This document shows positions 55,424 through 62,029 of a DNA stretch of 64,000 nt, piece after piece; position 1 is the stretch's first letter; each line of letters starts with the position of its first letter. The stretch comes from Ruminococcaceae bacterium UBA1767. Lineage in GTDB: Bacteria; Bacillota; Clostridia; Oscillospirales; Acutalibacteraceae. The position numbers and the translations under genes were made by a program. The notes under the pieces are model-generated. The model ran no database searches. It was not told the origin of the DNA and saw only the letters and a list, made by a program, of their open reading frames with translations. The stretch spans positions 2,240-66,239 of the forward strand of contig DCGX01000057.1 in NCBI GenBank assembly GCA_002315505.1, written 5' to 3'.

Positions 55424-56254
55424 TTATTCTTCAGTAACCTTATACTGCTCCATATCAGCCTTGATAGCCTCAAGTGCTTCCATGTCGTATCTCTTAACAC
55501 CGAATTTCTCAACGAATGTGTTGTAAGGAACTCTGTCAACATATGTTTCCTTATACTTAACATTGACACCCTTAACCTTAGCAACAATATTAATAGCAAG
55601 AACGAGAGCAAATGCCACAATTGTGAGGTAGGCACCGATTCCAACTGAACCGCTAACGAGGTCAGGAAGAACCACTTCAATGTTATCAATGAACTTGCCG
55701 TAAGCTACGATCGAAGTAACTGTACCGACAATACCGAGAGATGAAAGAATTACGTTTCTTGAGAAGCCGTGAGGTGAGCAGGAAAGGAAGCTGAGAATCA
55801 ATCCGAGCAATGCACAAACAGCAGCAAGTGCAATACCAACAATTGCAACCGCAAAGAATGTGAAACCGGTTCCCATAATTTTCGAACCGATCATTGCGAA
55901 AAGTCCGTCAAAGTCCATAGCCGAAACCTTGTTATAAACCTCAAGTACATTAATGGTAGTATCCTTATTGTAATAAGGAGCTACAATATGCATAGTTGCA
56001 AGCGGAAGGAAAAGCATTCCGACTGTAGCAAGAAGGAAAACAAGTCTTACAATAGTAAGAGCTGAACCAACCATAGAAGCCTTTGCTCTGTCAATCCTCT
56101 GCTGAGTCTTAGCATGTTCAAGCTCAGCATTGATAGCATCAACTTCAAGACGCTCCTCAATTTTGTAGTAAAGAAGATTAACTCCGCAACCGGGACAAGT
56201 AGGTTTTAAATCAAAAAGTTTGAGCTTTCTGCCGCATTTCGGACAATTAGCCAT
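55424..56254 (-). CDS. hypothetical membrane protein with an N-terminal zinc ribbon
   Basis: MANCPKCGRKLKLFDLKPTCPGCG ribbon, a coiled segment, then about four TM helices. The ATG at 56254 follows GGAGGG. Confidence 0.55.
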   Translation of the reverse strand: MANCPKCGRKLKLFDLKPTCPGCGVNLLYYKIEERLEVDAINAELEHAKTQQRIDRAKASMVGSALTIVRLVFLLATVGMLFLPLATMHIVAPYYNKDTTINVLEVYNKVSAMDFDGLFAMIGSKIMGTGFTFFAVAIVGIALAAVCALLGLILSFLSCSPHGFSRNVILSSLGIVGTVTSIVAYGKFIDNIEVVLPDLVSGSVGIGAYLTIVAFALVLAINIVAKVKGVNVKYKETYVDRVPYNTFVEKFGVKRYDMEALEAIKADMEQYKVTEE

Positions 56255-56384
56255 CAGGATCCCTCCAAAAATTTTTACATCGAGTGGCACAAATCCACAT
56301 TGCATTTATTTTATCACACATTTTTACATAAATCAAGATAAAATTAATCAAAATTCATCAAATATGTAAATTGATTTTTCAAAA

Positions 56385-57113
56385 TCAGATAAATCCACCG
56401 TCAACACCGAGAATCTGACCTGTAATAAAACCGGAGCCCTTATCGGCAAAAAGCATTACAGCCCCTGCAACATCTTCAGGAGTACCGATTCTTCCGACAG
56501 GAGTTTCATTTTTCAATTCGTCCATCGTTTCCGAATCAAAGCCGCTGTTCATCGGTGTATCAATTACTCCGGGAGCAATGGCATTCACCGTAATGCCCGA
56601 AGGAGCAACCTCCTTTGCAAGAGCCTTTGTCATACCGACAATTGCGGATTTCGATGCCGAATAATGCACCTCGCACGAAGCTCCGCTGATTCCCCACATC
56701 GAAGTAATGTTTATAATTCTGCCGTATTTATGGTGAATCATCTGCGGTAACGCCCTCTGCGAACAATAAAATGCACTTCTTACATTGCAGTTGAACATCC
56801 GGTCATAATCGTCATCTGTAATATCCGTAAAGAGCTTTTGCTGAGCAATACCCGCATTATTCACGAGCACATCGACAAAGCCGAAATTCTTTTCAGCCTC
56901 GCTGAACAATCTCTCAACATCTTCTCTTACAGAAACATCAGCCTGTACTGCAATAGCACAGGCTCCGTTTTTCTTTAATTTATCAAGAAGCTCAATTGCT
57001 TCTTTTTCGCTCGATTTATAGTTTATTACAACATTATTATTTTCAGCCGCAAAAGCAGATACAACAGCCGCACCTATTCCCCTTGCCGAGCCTGTTACAA
57101 TTACGGTGCTCAT
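56385..57113 (-). CDS. short-chain dehydrogenase/reductase, 3-oxoacyl-ACP reductase-like
   Basis: TGSARGIG, NNAG, YSASK motifs; 242 aa. Confidence 0.75.
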   Translation of the reverse strand: MSTVIVTGSARGIGAAVVSAFAAENNNVVINYKSSEKEAIELLDKLKKNGACAIAVQADVSVREDVERLFSEAEKNFGFVDVLVNNAGIAQQKLFTDITDDDYDRMFNCNVRSAFYCSQRALPQMIHHKYGRIINITSMWGISGASCEVHYSASKSAIVGMTKALAKEVAPSGITVNAIAPGVIDTPMNSGFDSETMDELKNETPVGRIGTPEDVAGAVMLFADKGSGFITGQILGVDGGFI

Positions 57114-58036
57114 TGACCGAGTGCGCCTGCAAGTGCTTCTTCATCAATCTTTGTGAAGCCCTTGAGTGAGAACAGCTTTGAATCAGCCTCATCTGTAAAT
57201 GACGAAACCTCAAATACGGTTGCTGTGCCTTCTGAATCAACGCTCTCCCAGCGAACCCAGTTTTCGTCTTTATCAAAGTAATACTTAATTGTTGCGCCCT
57301 CTGAAGAATATTCCTCACAGGTATAATCCTCAACCTTCGTTGTCTTAACATATGTCTGCTCAGAATTCAAATCAGCGAAATTTCCGAGAGTATCATCAGT
57401 ATCACCTGATTCGGCATACATCTTCAATGCAGGGAAAATGAGATACATCTTTCCGTCAAGTGAAAGAAGACGCATGTTCCATCCGCTGTAGGTTACATCC
57501 ATACAAAGATTATCATTGTCAAAAGCAATTGTTGCGGGAATTTTAGTGTCACCCGAAATAATATCTGTCTTAAGAGTGAATTTTTTGCTCTTGATAACCT
57601 TCTCAATAACTGTTTCACGAAGAGTCTTCTTTGAAGTCTGCTTAACTGTTGTTCCTTCGGGAAGAGTGTTTTCCGGTGCAGCAGTTACAACCATATCGCT
57701 GTTTGCGAGGTCCTCAAGTCCTGCAAGACCTGTTGTGGTTGTTTCACCCTTTGAGTTTTTCTTTGAAGCGGAATCCGAGCCGTTCTTTTTCTCGGATTTG
57801 CTTTTTTCTTTTTCAATCTTTTCTTTTTCTTTATCAGAAAGCACGGAAGTTACTGTTTCACCGCTTGCATCAGTAACCGACTCGCCGTTTTTATCTGTAA
57901 CCTCAACATAAGCTGAGCCTTCAGCATTAGTCATCGTAACGTCTGCATCGGCAACGTCCTTCTTACCGCAGGCAGCAAAGCTCATTACAGCGAGCAGCGT
58001 TGCCAATATAATACAAAAACCCTTTTTCATAATCAT
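57110..58036 (-). CDS. hypothetical lipoprotein
   Basis: Lipobox FAAC after the signal peptide, a Ser/Lys/Glu-rich linker and a beta-rich C-terminal domain. ATGA overlap with the SDR gene. Confidence 0.55.
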   Translation of the reverse strand: MIMKKGFCIILATLLAVMSFAACGKKDVADADVTMTNAEGSAYVEVTDKNGESVTDASGETVTSVLSDKEKEKIEKEKSKSEKKNGSDSASKKNSKGETTTTGLAGLEDLANSDMVVTAAPENTLPEGTTVKQTSKKTLRETVIEKVIKSKKFTLKTDIISGDTKIPATIAFDNDNLCMDVTYSGWNMRLLSLDGKMYLIFPALKMYAESGDTDDTLGNFADLNSEQTYVKTTKVEDYTCEEYSSEGATIKYYFDKDENWVRWESVDSEGTATVFEVSSFTDEADSKLFSLKGFTKIDEEALAGALGQ

Positions 58037-58141
58037 TACCTCCAGTTGGTTTTGTTACAATATAAGAGTACAATATTTTCGCAATAAAATCAAGTGAATA
58101 ATTTGTTAATTTATTATGTATTTTTTAATTTTCAAAAATAC

Positions 58142-58170
58142 TTGAAATTTTGTGTAGAATATATTATAAT
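58142..58170 (+). promoter_or_regulatory. sigma-A promoter of tRNA-Thr
   Basis: TTGAAA (58142-58147), 17-nt spacer, TATAAT (58165-58170). The tRNA begins 13 nt later. Confidence 0.7.
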
Positions 58171-58182
58171 AATCTCCACAAT

Positions 58183-58258
58183 GCTAATATGGCTCAGTTG
58201 GTAGAGCAGATCATTCGTAATGATCAGGTCGTCGGTTCGAGTCCGACTATTAGCTCCA
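58183..58258 (+). tRNA. tRNA-Thr (anticodon CGU), CCA encoded
   Basis: Cloverleaf folded by hand. Acceptor GCTAATA/TATTAGC, D stem GCTC/GAGC, anticodon stem GATCA/TGATC with loop TTCGTAA (CGT at 58216-58218). Variable loop AGGTC, T arm GTCGG-TTCGAGT-CCGAC, discriminator T, then CCA. Confidence 0.9.
58219..58258 (+). repeat. left 40-bp direct repeat (attL-like) = 3' part of tRNA-Thr
   Basis: AATGATCAGGTCGTCGGTTCGAGTCCGACTATTAGCTCCA is identical to 59095-59134. Confidence 0.95.
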
Positions 58259-58330
58259 CGATATAAAGCACGAAGAATAGCCATATTTCCCTAATACCAA
58301 CGGATTTACGGCTATTCTTTGTATTTTATA

Positions 58331-58370
58331 GTTTTAGCTTGTTTTAGTTAGGTTTAGTTGGTTGTGCTAG
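58331..58370 (+). repeat. four helically phased 10-bp tandem units
   Basis: GTTTTAGCTT GTTTTAGTTA GGTTTAGTTG GTTGTGCTAG. Confidence 0.7.
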
Positions 58371-58387
58371 TCAAAAGGATATTAATA

Positions 58388-58513
58388 ATGAGCAATGAAA
58401 TTAATATAACAATAAGGGATACGAAAGAGGAAACAAGGATTATTCTATTATTCCGAAAACTACCCGAGAAAGTCAAGCAAAAAATCTTGAATATGATTAT
58501 TAAAAAAGAATAA
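58388..58513 (+). CDS. hypothetical 41-aa protein (island ORF1)
   Basis: AAAGGA 8 nt before the ATG. MSNEINITIRDTKEETRIILLFRKLPEKVKQKILNMIIKKE. A strong terminator follows. Coding status unproven. Confidence 0.35.
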   Translation: MSNEINITIRDTKEETRIILLFRKLPEKVKQKILNMIIKKE

Positions 58514-58520
58514 AACATTT

Positions 58521-58553
58521 TCCGCAGAGTTTTAAAACTTTGCGGATTTTTTT
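58521..58553 (+). terminator. rho-independent terminator inside the island
   Basis: TCCGCAGAGTT-ttaa-AACTTTGCGGA (one G-U pair) followed by TTTTTTT. Confidence 0.85.
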
Positions 58554-58583
58554 GACAATTTTCAAATTATTTTAAAAAAAGTG

Positions 58584-58612
58584 TTGGCTTTTCACGCATT
58601 GCGTGATATAAT
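58584..58612 (+). promoter_or_regulatory. strong sigma-A promoter (extended -10) inside the island
   Basis: TTGGCT (58584-58589), 17-nt spacer, TGa-TATAAT (58607-58612). Confidence 0.7.
58593..58605 (+). promoter_or_regulatory. perfect palindrome (candidate operator) in the promoter spacer
   Basis: CACGCA-t-TGCGTG lies between the -35 and the -10. Confidence 0.55.
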
Positions 58613-58643
58613 ATAGACACAGTTAAGGAAAGGAGGATGCCGA

Positions 58644-58766
58644 ATGTCAAACAAAAAAAGCAGTGATAAGAACCTTCTTCAAATCGCTCTTATCACCGCT
58701 ATAGTCAGCTTGATAAACAGTTTGATAACTTTAATTGAAAAGATTATCGAAACCTTTAACAAGTAA
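58644..58766 (+). CDS. hypothetical 40-aa hydrophobic peptide (island ORF2)
   Basis: AGGAGG 7 nt before the ATG. MSNKKSSDKNLLQIALITAIVSLINSLITLIEKIIETFNK: basic N-terminus, one predicted helix of about 21 residues. Confidence 0.5.
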   Translation: MSNKKSSDKNLLQIALITAIVSLINSLITLIEKIIETFNK

Positions 58767-58815
58767 CTTAACAAGGGGAGTTGGAAAGCTCCTTTTCCCC
58801 TCTGTTTACATTCTA

Positions 58816-58941
58816 ATGTTTTGTTTGATATTTGTCAAGTTAATTATGATTTTAGATATTATTCAGATTACCTTGTCAGTTATTTCAATCATTTTATCTT
58901 GCGTAATTATTTTCAAAATAATAAGAAAGGACAAAAAATGA
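58816..58941 (+). CDS. hypothetical 41-aa very hydrophobic peptide with a basic C-terminus (island ORF3)
   Basis: MFCLIFVKLIMILDIIQITLSVISIILSCVIIFKIIRKDKK. Its TGA stop overlaps the ATG of the HTH gene (ATGA). No recognisable SD, so coding status is uncertain. Confidence 0.35.
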   Translation: MFCLIFVKLIMILDIIQITLSVISIILSCVIIFKIIRKDKK

Positions 58942-59099
58942 ATATTAAGGAACTCAGACAGATAACCGGATTAACTCAGCAAGCATTTTCAGATAAATAC
59001 GGTATTCCAAAGCGAACTATTGAAGATTGGGAAGCCGAAAGAAGAACACCACCGACCTATGTTATCGAGCTGTTGAAATTCCGAATTGAACATGAATGA
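58938..59099 (+). CDS. small XRE-type helix-turn-helix DNA-binding protein (53 aa)
   Basis: ELRQITGLTQQAFSDKYGIPKRTIEDWEAERRTPP is a typical HTH_XRE core. AAAGGA RBS. The stop codon (59097-59099) lies inside the right-hand 40-bp repeat. Confidence 0.7.
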   Translation: MNIKELRQITGLTQQAFSDKYGIPKRTIEDWEAERRTPPTYVIELLKFRIEHE

Positions 59100-59134
59100 T
59101 CAGGTCGTCGGTTCGAGTCCGACTATTAGCTCCA
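59095..59134 (+). repeat. right 40-bp direct repeat (attR-like), orphan 3' half of tRNA-Thr
   Basis: Identical to 58219-58258. No matching 5' tRNA half lies upstream. Confidence 0.95.
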
Positions 59135-59135
59135 G

Positions 59136-59166
59136 AGCACCGCAGGAATGTGGTGCTTTTATTTTT
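59136..59166 (+). terminator. rho-independent terminator, probably the ancestral tRNA-Thr terminator
   Basis: AGCACC...GGTGCT stem followed by TTTTATTTTT, directly after the orphan CCA end. Confidence 0.65.
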
Positions 59167-59170
59167 ACAC

Positions 59171-59207
59171 AAAAGCAGCTTCCGACTCATCATCGAAAGC
59201 TGCTTTT
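59171..59207 (-). terminator. rho-independent terminator of the YhhN-family gene
   Basis: 11-bp stem AAAAGCAGCTT...AAGCTGCTTTT overlapping the stop codon. T-run on the minus strand. Confidence 0.7.
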
Positions 59208-59956
59208 TACTTAATAAGGAAATACGCAGACAGAACAATTGAATACTGTCCGAAATAATATAAAATATGATTAAACACTATATCCTTTTTAGTGTTTTTA
59301 TTTTTACCGAAATATGTTCCGTTCAGTACGGCATCCGAACCGAGTATTGACAGTAAGCCCAGGTAAATCAATATGTTTTCCACGTCAAATCCGTTTGTGG
59401 TAATATTCAGAATAGATACATTTACCGCCAAAAAAATAATTCCCGAATACAAAGCCGCAATCGGCTTATATTTTCCGAATTCAACCCTCAGAATCTTTTC
59501 GATATTTATTGTTATGAATGCAATAATAACCGAAACACCAATTAAAATCAAAATAACTGTCTTTTTCTCAAACAGATTTCCCGAATAAATCAGAGATATG
59601 GTATAAAACAAATGCCCTAATATGAACGAAGCGAAGCCACGTTTCAGAAAAAAATCACTTTCTTTACTGTACACGCATTTTAAATCAAGAAGGACATCTC
59701 CGACAAATCCAAAAAACATTCCGACAGTAAGCAAAAAAACAGCAATACCGTTATTTAAACAAGCAGGATTATCTGCAGTAAATTTTGAAAGAGAATACAA
59801 AACAATAGTTGATGATGCCATAACAAACGGCAAGCTGGCAACCGCCTTCATTCCGACATCCTTAACTGTCGGCTTTGGTGTGCGATGAATAATAAATCTG
59901 ACCACTGAAAAAATACCAAAAGTAAAAAACAACGCAAAAATTCCCTTGAACAACAT
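59207..59956 (-). CDS. YhhN-family (lysoplasmalogenase-like) polytopic membrane protein
   Basis: About 8 TM helices with the two family-type motifs FVGDVLLDL and LGSDAVLNG. AAGGAG RBS. Confidence 0.55.
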   Translation of the reverse strand: MLFKGIFALFFTFGIFSVVRFIIHRTPKPTVKDVGMKAVASLPFVMASSTIVLYSLSKFTADNPACLNNGIAVFLLTVGMFFGFVGDVLLDLKCVYSKESDFFLKRGFASFILGHLFYTISLIYSGNLFEKKTVILILIGVSVIIAFITINIEKILRVEFGKYKPIAALYSGIIFLAVNVSILNITTNGFDVENILIYLGLLSILGSDAVLNGTYFGKNKNTKKDIVFNHILYYFGQYSIVLSAYFLIK

Positions 59957-59988
59957 TTGACTGTCTCCTTTTGATTTTGCTTTAGTAC

Positions 59989-60017
59989 ATTATATACTAA
60001 AACATATATAAAATCAA
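59989..60017 (-). promoter_or_regulatory. sigma-A promoter of the YhhN-family gene
   Basis: Minus strand: TTGATT (60017-60012), 17-nt spacer, TATAAT (59994-59989). Confidence 0.6.
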
Positions 60018-60150
60018 CTGATTTTTATTTATTGTTTATAAAAAATTCTACTTTGAATTAACGAAACATAGTAAAAATTATTAATATATCAATATTTATT
60101 CAATTATACAGACAAAACAAAGAGTCATCCTTCACGCATTTTTTAATATT

Positions 60151-60250
60151 TCGGTAGGATGTATCACTGTGTGCACCCGATAAATTTTCAGCAAAGTTAA
60201 GCCAAAGTTTGTACAGACCTCAGGCGACAGGTTGTCGCCACTACAAAACA
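60151..60250 (+). repeat. hairpin-rich intergenic repeat element, copy B
   Basis: GGTAGGATGTATCACTGTGTGCACCCGA, then CCTCAG, then the perfect hairpin GGCGACA-ggt-TGTCGCC, then CTACAAAAC. Outer TTTGTA/TACAAA pairing. Confidence 0.5.
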
Positions 60251-60306
60251 TACAATAACATATTCGCATCAATAATTTATAAGTTCGTATTTAAAGGAAA
60301 GTATAC

Positions 60307-61686
60307 TTATTTTGTGAAAGTGATATAAAGCATTGAGCCTGCTTCAATTTTTTCAGGAAGCGGAATTTCAACCCATTCACCATTTTCATTTACCGTCCAG
60401 CATTTGTCAGCTGTGTACTCCCCTGCGTCAAATTTGAGCTTTCTGTCCCTTTTTTCCGAAACATTGGAAATAAGAATCGCCGCACTTCCGTCATCGCCCT
60501 TTGCGGCAACAGCATACATATCATCACGGAGCTTATTCTTTATTTCAACCTGGTTGCCCATTTCATAAAGCTGACCGAAGGCATAGAAGCCGTAATAAGC
60601 AGATGTCGGCTTGCCGCCCTTATAGAACATTCCTGCGTGAAGAGCGCCTGTTGCAATCGCGCAATAATAATACGCCTTATCAAGACCTTCATTCTGGAAC
60701 ATAAGAAGCATTGAGGTCTGATTTGCGCCGTAACGGCGGTCTATCTGGTCATTTTCCGTAGGATTGTAGTTCCATTCATCGCAGATAACTTCCGCATCGC
60801 CGTAGCCTGCTTCCTGAAGATTATCGTTTACATATTCAATCCAGCGTGTATTTACCTCGGTTGTCGAATAGCTGTGCCATGAGAAGAAATCCATAGGCGG
60901 TTTATTTTCTTCAATGTAGTCAAGAAATCCCTGGAAGAACTCAACAAAGTATTTATTGTATGCGGGAGCGCCCGACTTTACGTTATTTGTCTTTGTTAAT
61001 GCATAAAATCCGCATGAGCCGTAACCTCCGATTTTGAGGTCGGGGAACTTTTCTTTGAGATACGTTGCGGAAACATCGTAAAGGCGGTAGAATTCCTCGG
61101 GAGAGCCGTGCCAGAAAACATTTTCTGTCTTATATTCGGTTTCGGAAATTTCTTCGTATTTGCCACCATCGGGTTCATTCCATATTTCCCAGTATTCGAT
61201 ATTATAGTTATATCCGTTTGCCCAGCCTTCGTTATAGTGACGGATTATGTGCTCGCAAATCTGCGCCCATTTGGTGTAATCCGTCGGCGGCAGAAGAAGC
61301 TCGTGGTCTTTCTGTGCATTGCTGTAGCTTATTCCAAGACGGAAGAAAGGTGTCATACCCGTATCAACAATAGCCGCAAGCACTTTGTCGCACTCCGTAA
61401 AATTATATGATTTTTCATCATTTACATCCGCCGAAAAATCAGGAAAAATGTTGTGAATATCAGTACAGTTAATATCATGCGTTCTGCATGATGTCATATT
61501 TGCATCGGTGAAACATTTATTTATTTCACTGTCAAGCTCATATTCGGGCATTCTGCCTACATTATGAACGGGTCTGATTTCGTCGATAACATTGTCAAAA
61601 TCAATTCTGATAACATTCGGTGTAAAAACCATCTGCGAAAACGAAATAATAAATGCAAGAATTGATGCAATTGCTCTGTTAAACAT
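60307..61686 (-). CDS. glycoside hydrolase, clan GH-A TIM barrel (GH39-like) with a C-terminal beta-sandwich
   Basis: N-terminal signal or anchor. YWEIWNEPD acid/base block, FFSWHSY, and a candidate nucleophile in VICDEWNY. Confidence 0.55.
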   Translation of the reverse strand: MFNRAIASILAFIISFSQMVFTPNVIRIDFDNVIDEIRPVHNVGRMPEYELDSEINKCFTDANMTSCRTHDINCTDIHNIFPDFSADVNDEKSYNFTECDKVLAAIVDTGMTPFFRLGISYSNAQKDHELLLPPTDYTKWAQICEHIIRHYNEGWANGYNYNIEYWEIWNEPDGGKYEEISETEYKTENVFWHGSPEEFYRLYDVSATYLKEKFPDLKIGGYGSCGFYALTKTNNVKSGAPAYNKYFVEFFQGFLDYIEENKPPMDFFSWHSYSTTEVNTRWIEYVNDNLQEAGYGDAEVICDEWNYNPTENDQIDRRYGANQTSMLLMFQNEGLDKAYYYCAIATGALHAGMFYKGGKPTSAYYGFYAFGQLYEMGNQVEIKNKLRDDMYAVAAKGDDGSAAILISNVSEKRDRKLKFDAGEYTADKCWTVNENGEWVEIPLPEKIEAGSMLYITFTK

Positions 61687-61835
61687 AATACCGCCTCCGA
61701 TTATACTTTTAGTAATTATCTCATAAATCTGTTAATTTATCAACATAATTATTTGTTATTCACGGGAACTTACAGGCAAACAAATCGATTGATGAGATTT
61801 TTTCGCTCTACTCCTTGAAATGACGTAGCTTAGTT

Positions 61836-61942
61836 TATTTTGTAGTTTTCGTAGAGGACGATGCCCACATCATCCGTGAATTACTCCCTCAGTCTGCTAT
61901 GCTCTCTCACGAGGGAGCCTTAATTGTAAATTGTGCATTGAA
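61836..61942 (-). repeat. hairpin-rich intergenic repeat element, copy C (inverted relative to A and B)
   Basis: Minus-strand order: AATGCACAATTTACAATT, then the CTCCCTC..AGCATAG..GAGGGAG hairpin, then the GGATGATG..CATCGTCC hairpin, then CCTCTACGAAAACTACAAAA. Same module order as copy A. Confidence 0.55.
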
Positions 61943-61970
61943 CAAGTCGGAATTGTTATCTACACAATTA

Positions 61971-62016
61971 TAAAAAGATAAAGCTGTGACAAAAGCATCA
62001 TTACTCTTGTCACAGC
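61971..62016 (-). terminator. rho-independent terminator of rpoC
   Basis: 10-bp stem GCTGTGACAA...TTGTCACAGC followed on the minus strand by TTTATCTTTTT. Confidence 0.8.
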
Positions 62017-62029
62017 ATATTTAATTATT

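Larger units (their letters stand above)
58219..59134 (+). mobile_element. integrase-less mini-island or integrated-element remnant inserted in the 3' end of tRNA-Thr
   Basis: Perfect 40-bp direct repeats bound 836 bp of non-tRNA DNA. The orphan right-hand repeat is followed by a hairpin and T-run that look like the original tRNA terminator. Confidence 0.7.

Noticed and set aside
58272-58319. An AAGAATAGCC...GGCTATTCTT inverted repeat right after the intact tRNA, as a replacement terminator.
   Set aside because: The 10-bp stem is real, but the loop is 28 nt and the downstream T-tract is weak (TGTATTTT). I did not list it as a feature. It could equally be a protein-binding site of the inserted element.
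58331-58370. The GTTTTAG-type units resemble the start of many CRISPR repeats.
   Set aside because: The units are only 10 bp and contiguous, with no spacers. There are no further repeats and no cas genes in the window. This is not a CRISPR array.
58219-62029. An intact prophage, ICE or defence island next to the tRNA.
   Set aside because: There is no integrase, recombinase, replication, capsid, conjugation, restriction, helicase or nuclease gene anywhere between the tRNA and rpoC. Only the 876-bp mini-element shows mobile-element hallmarks.
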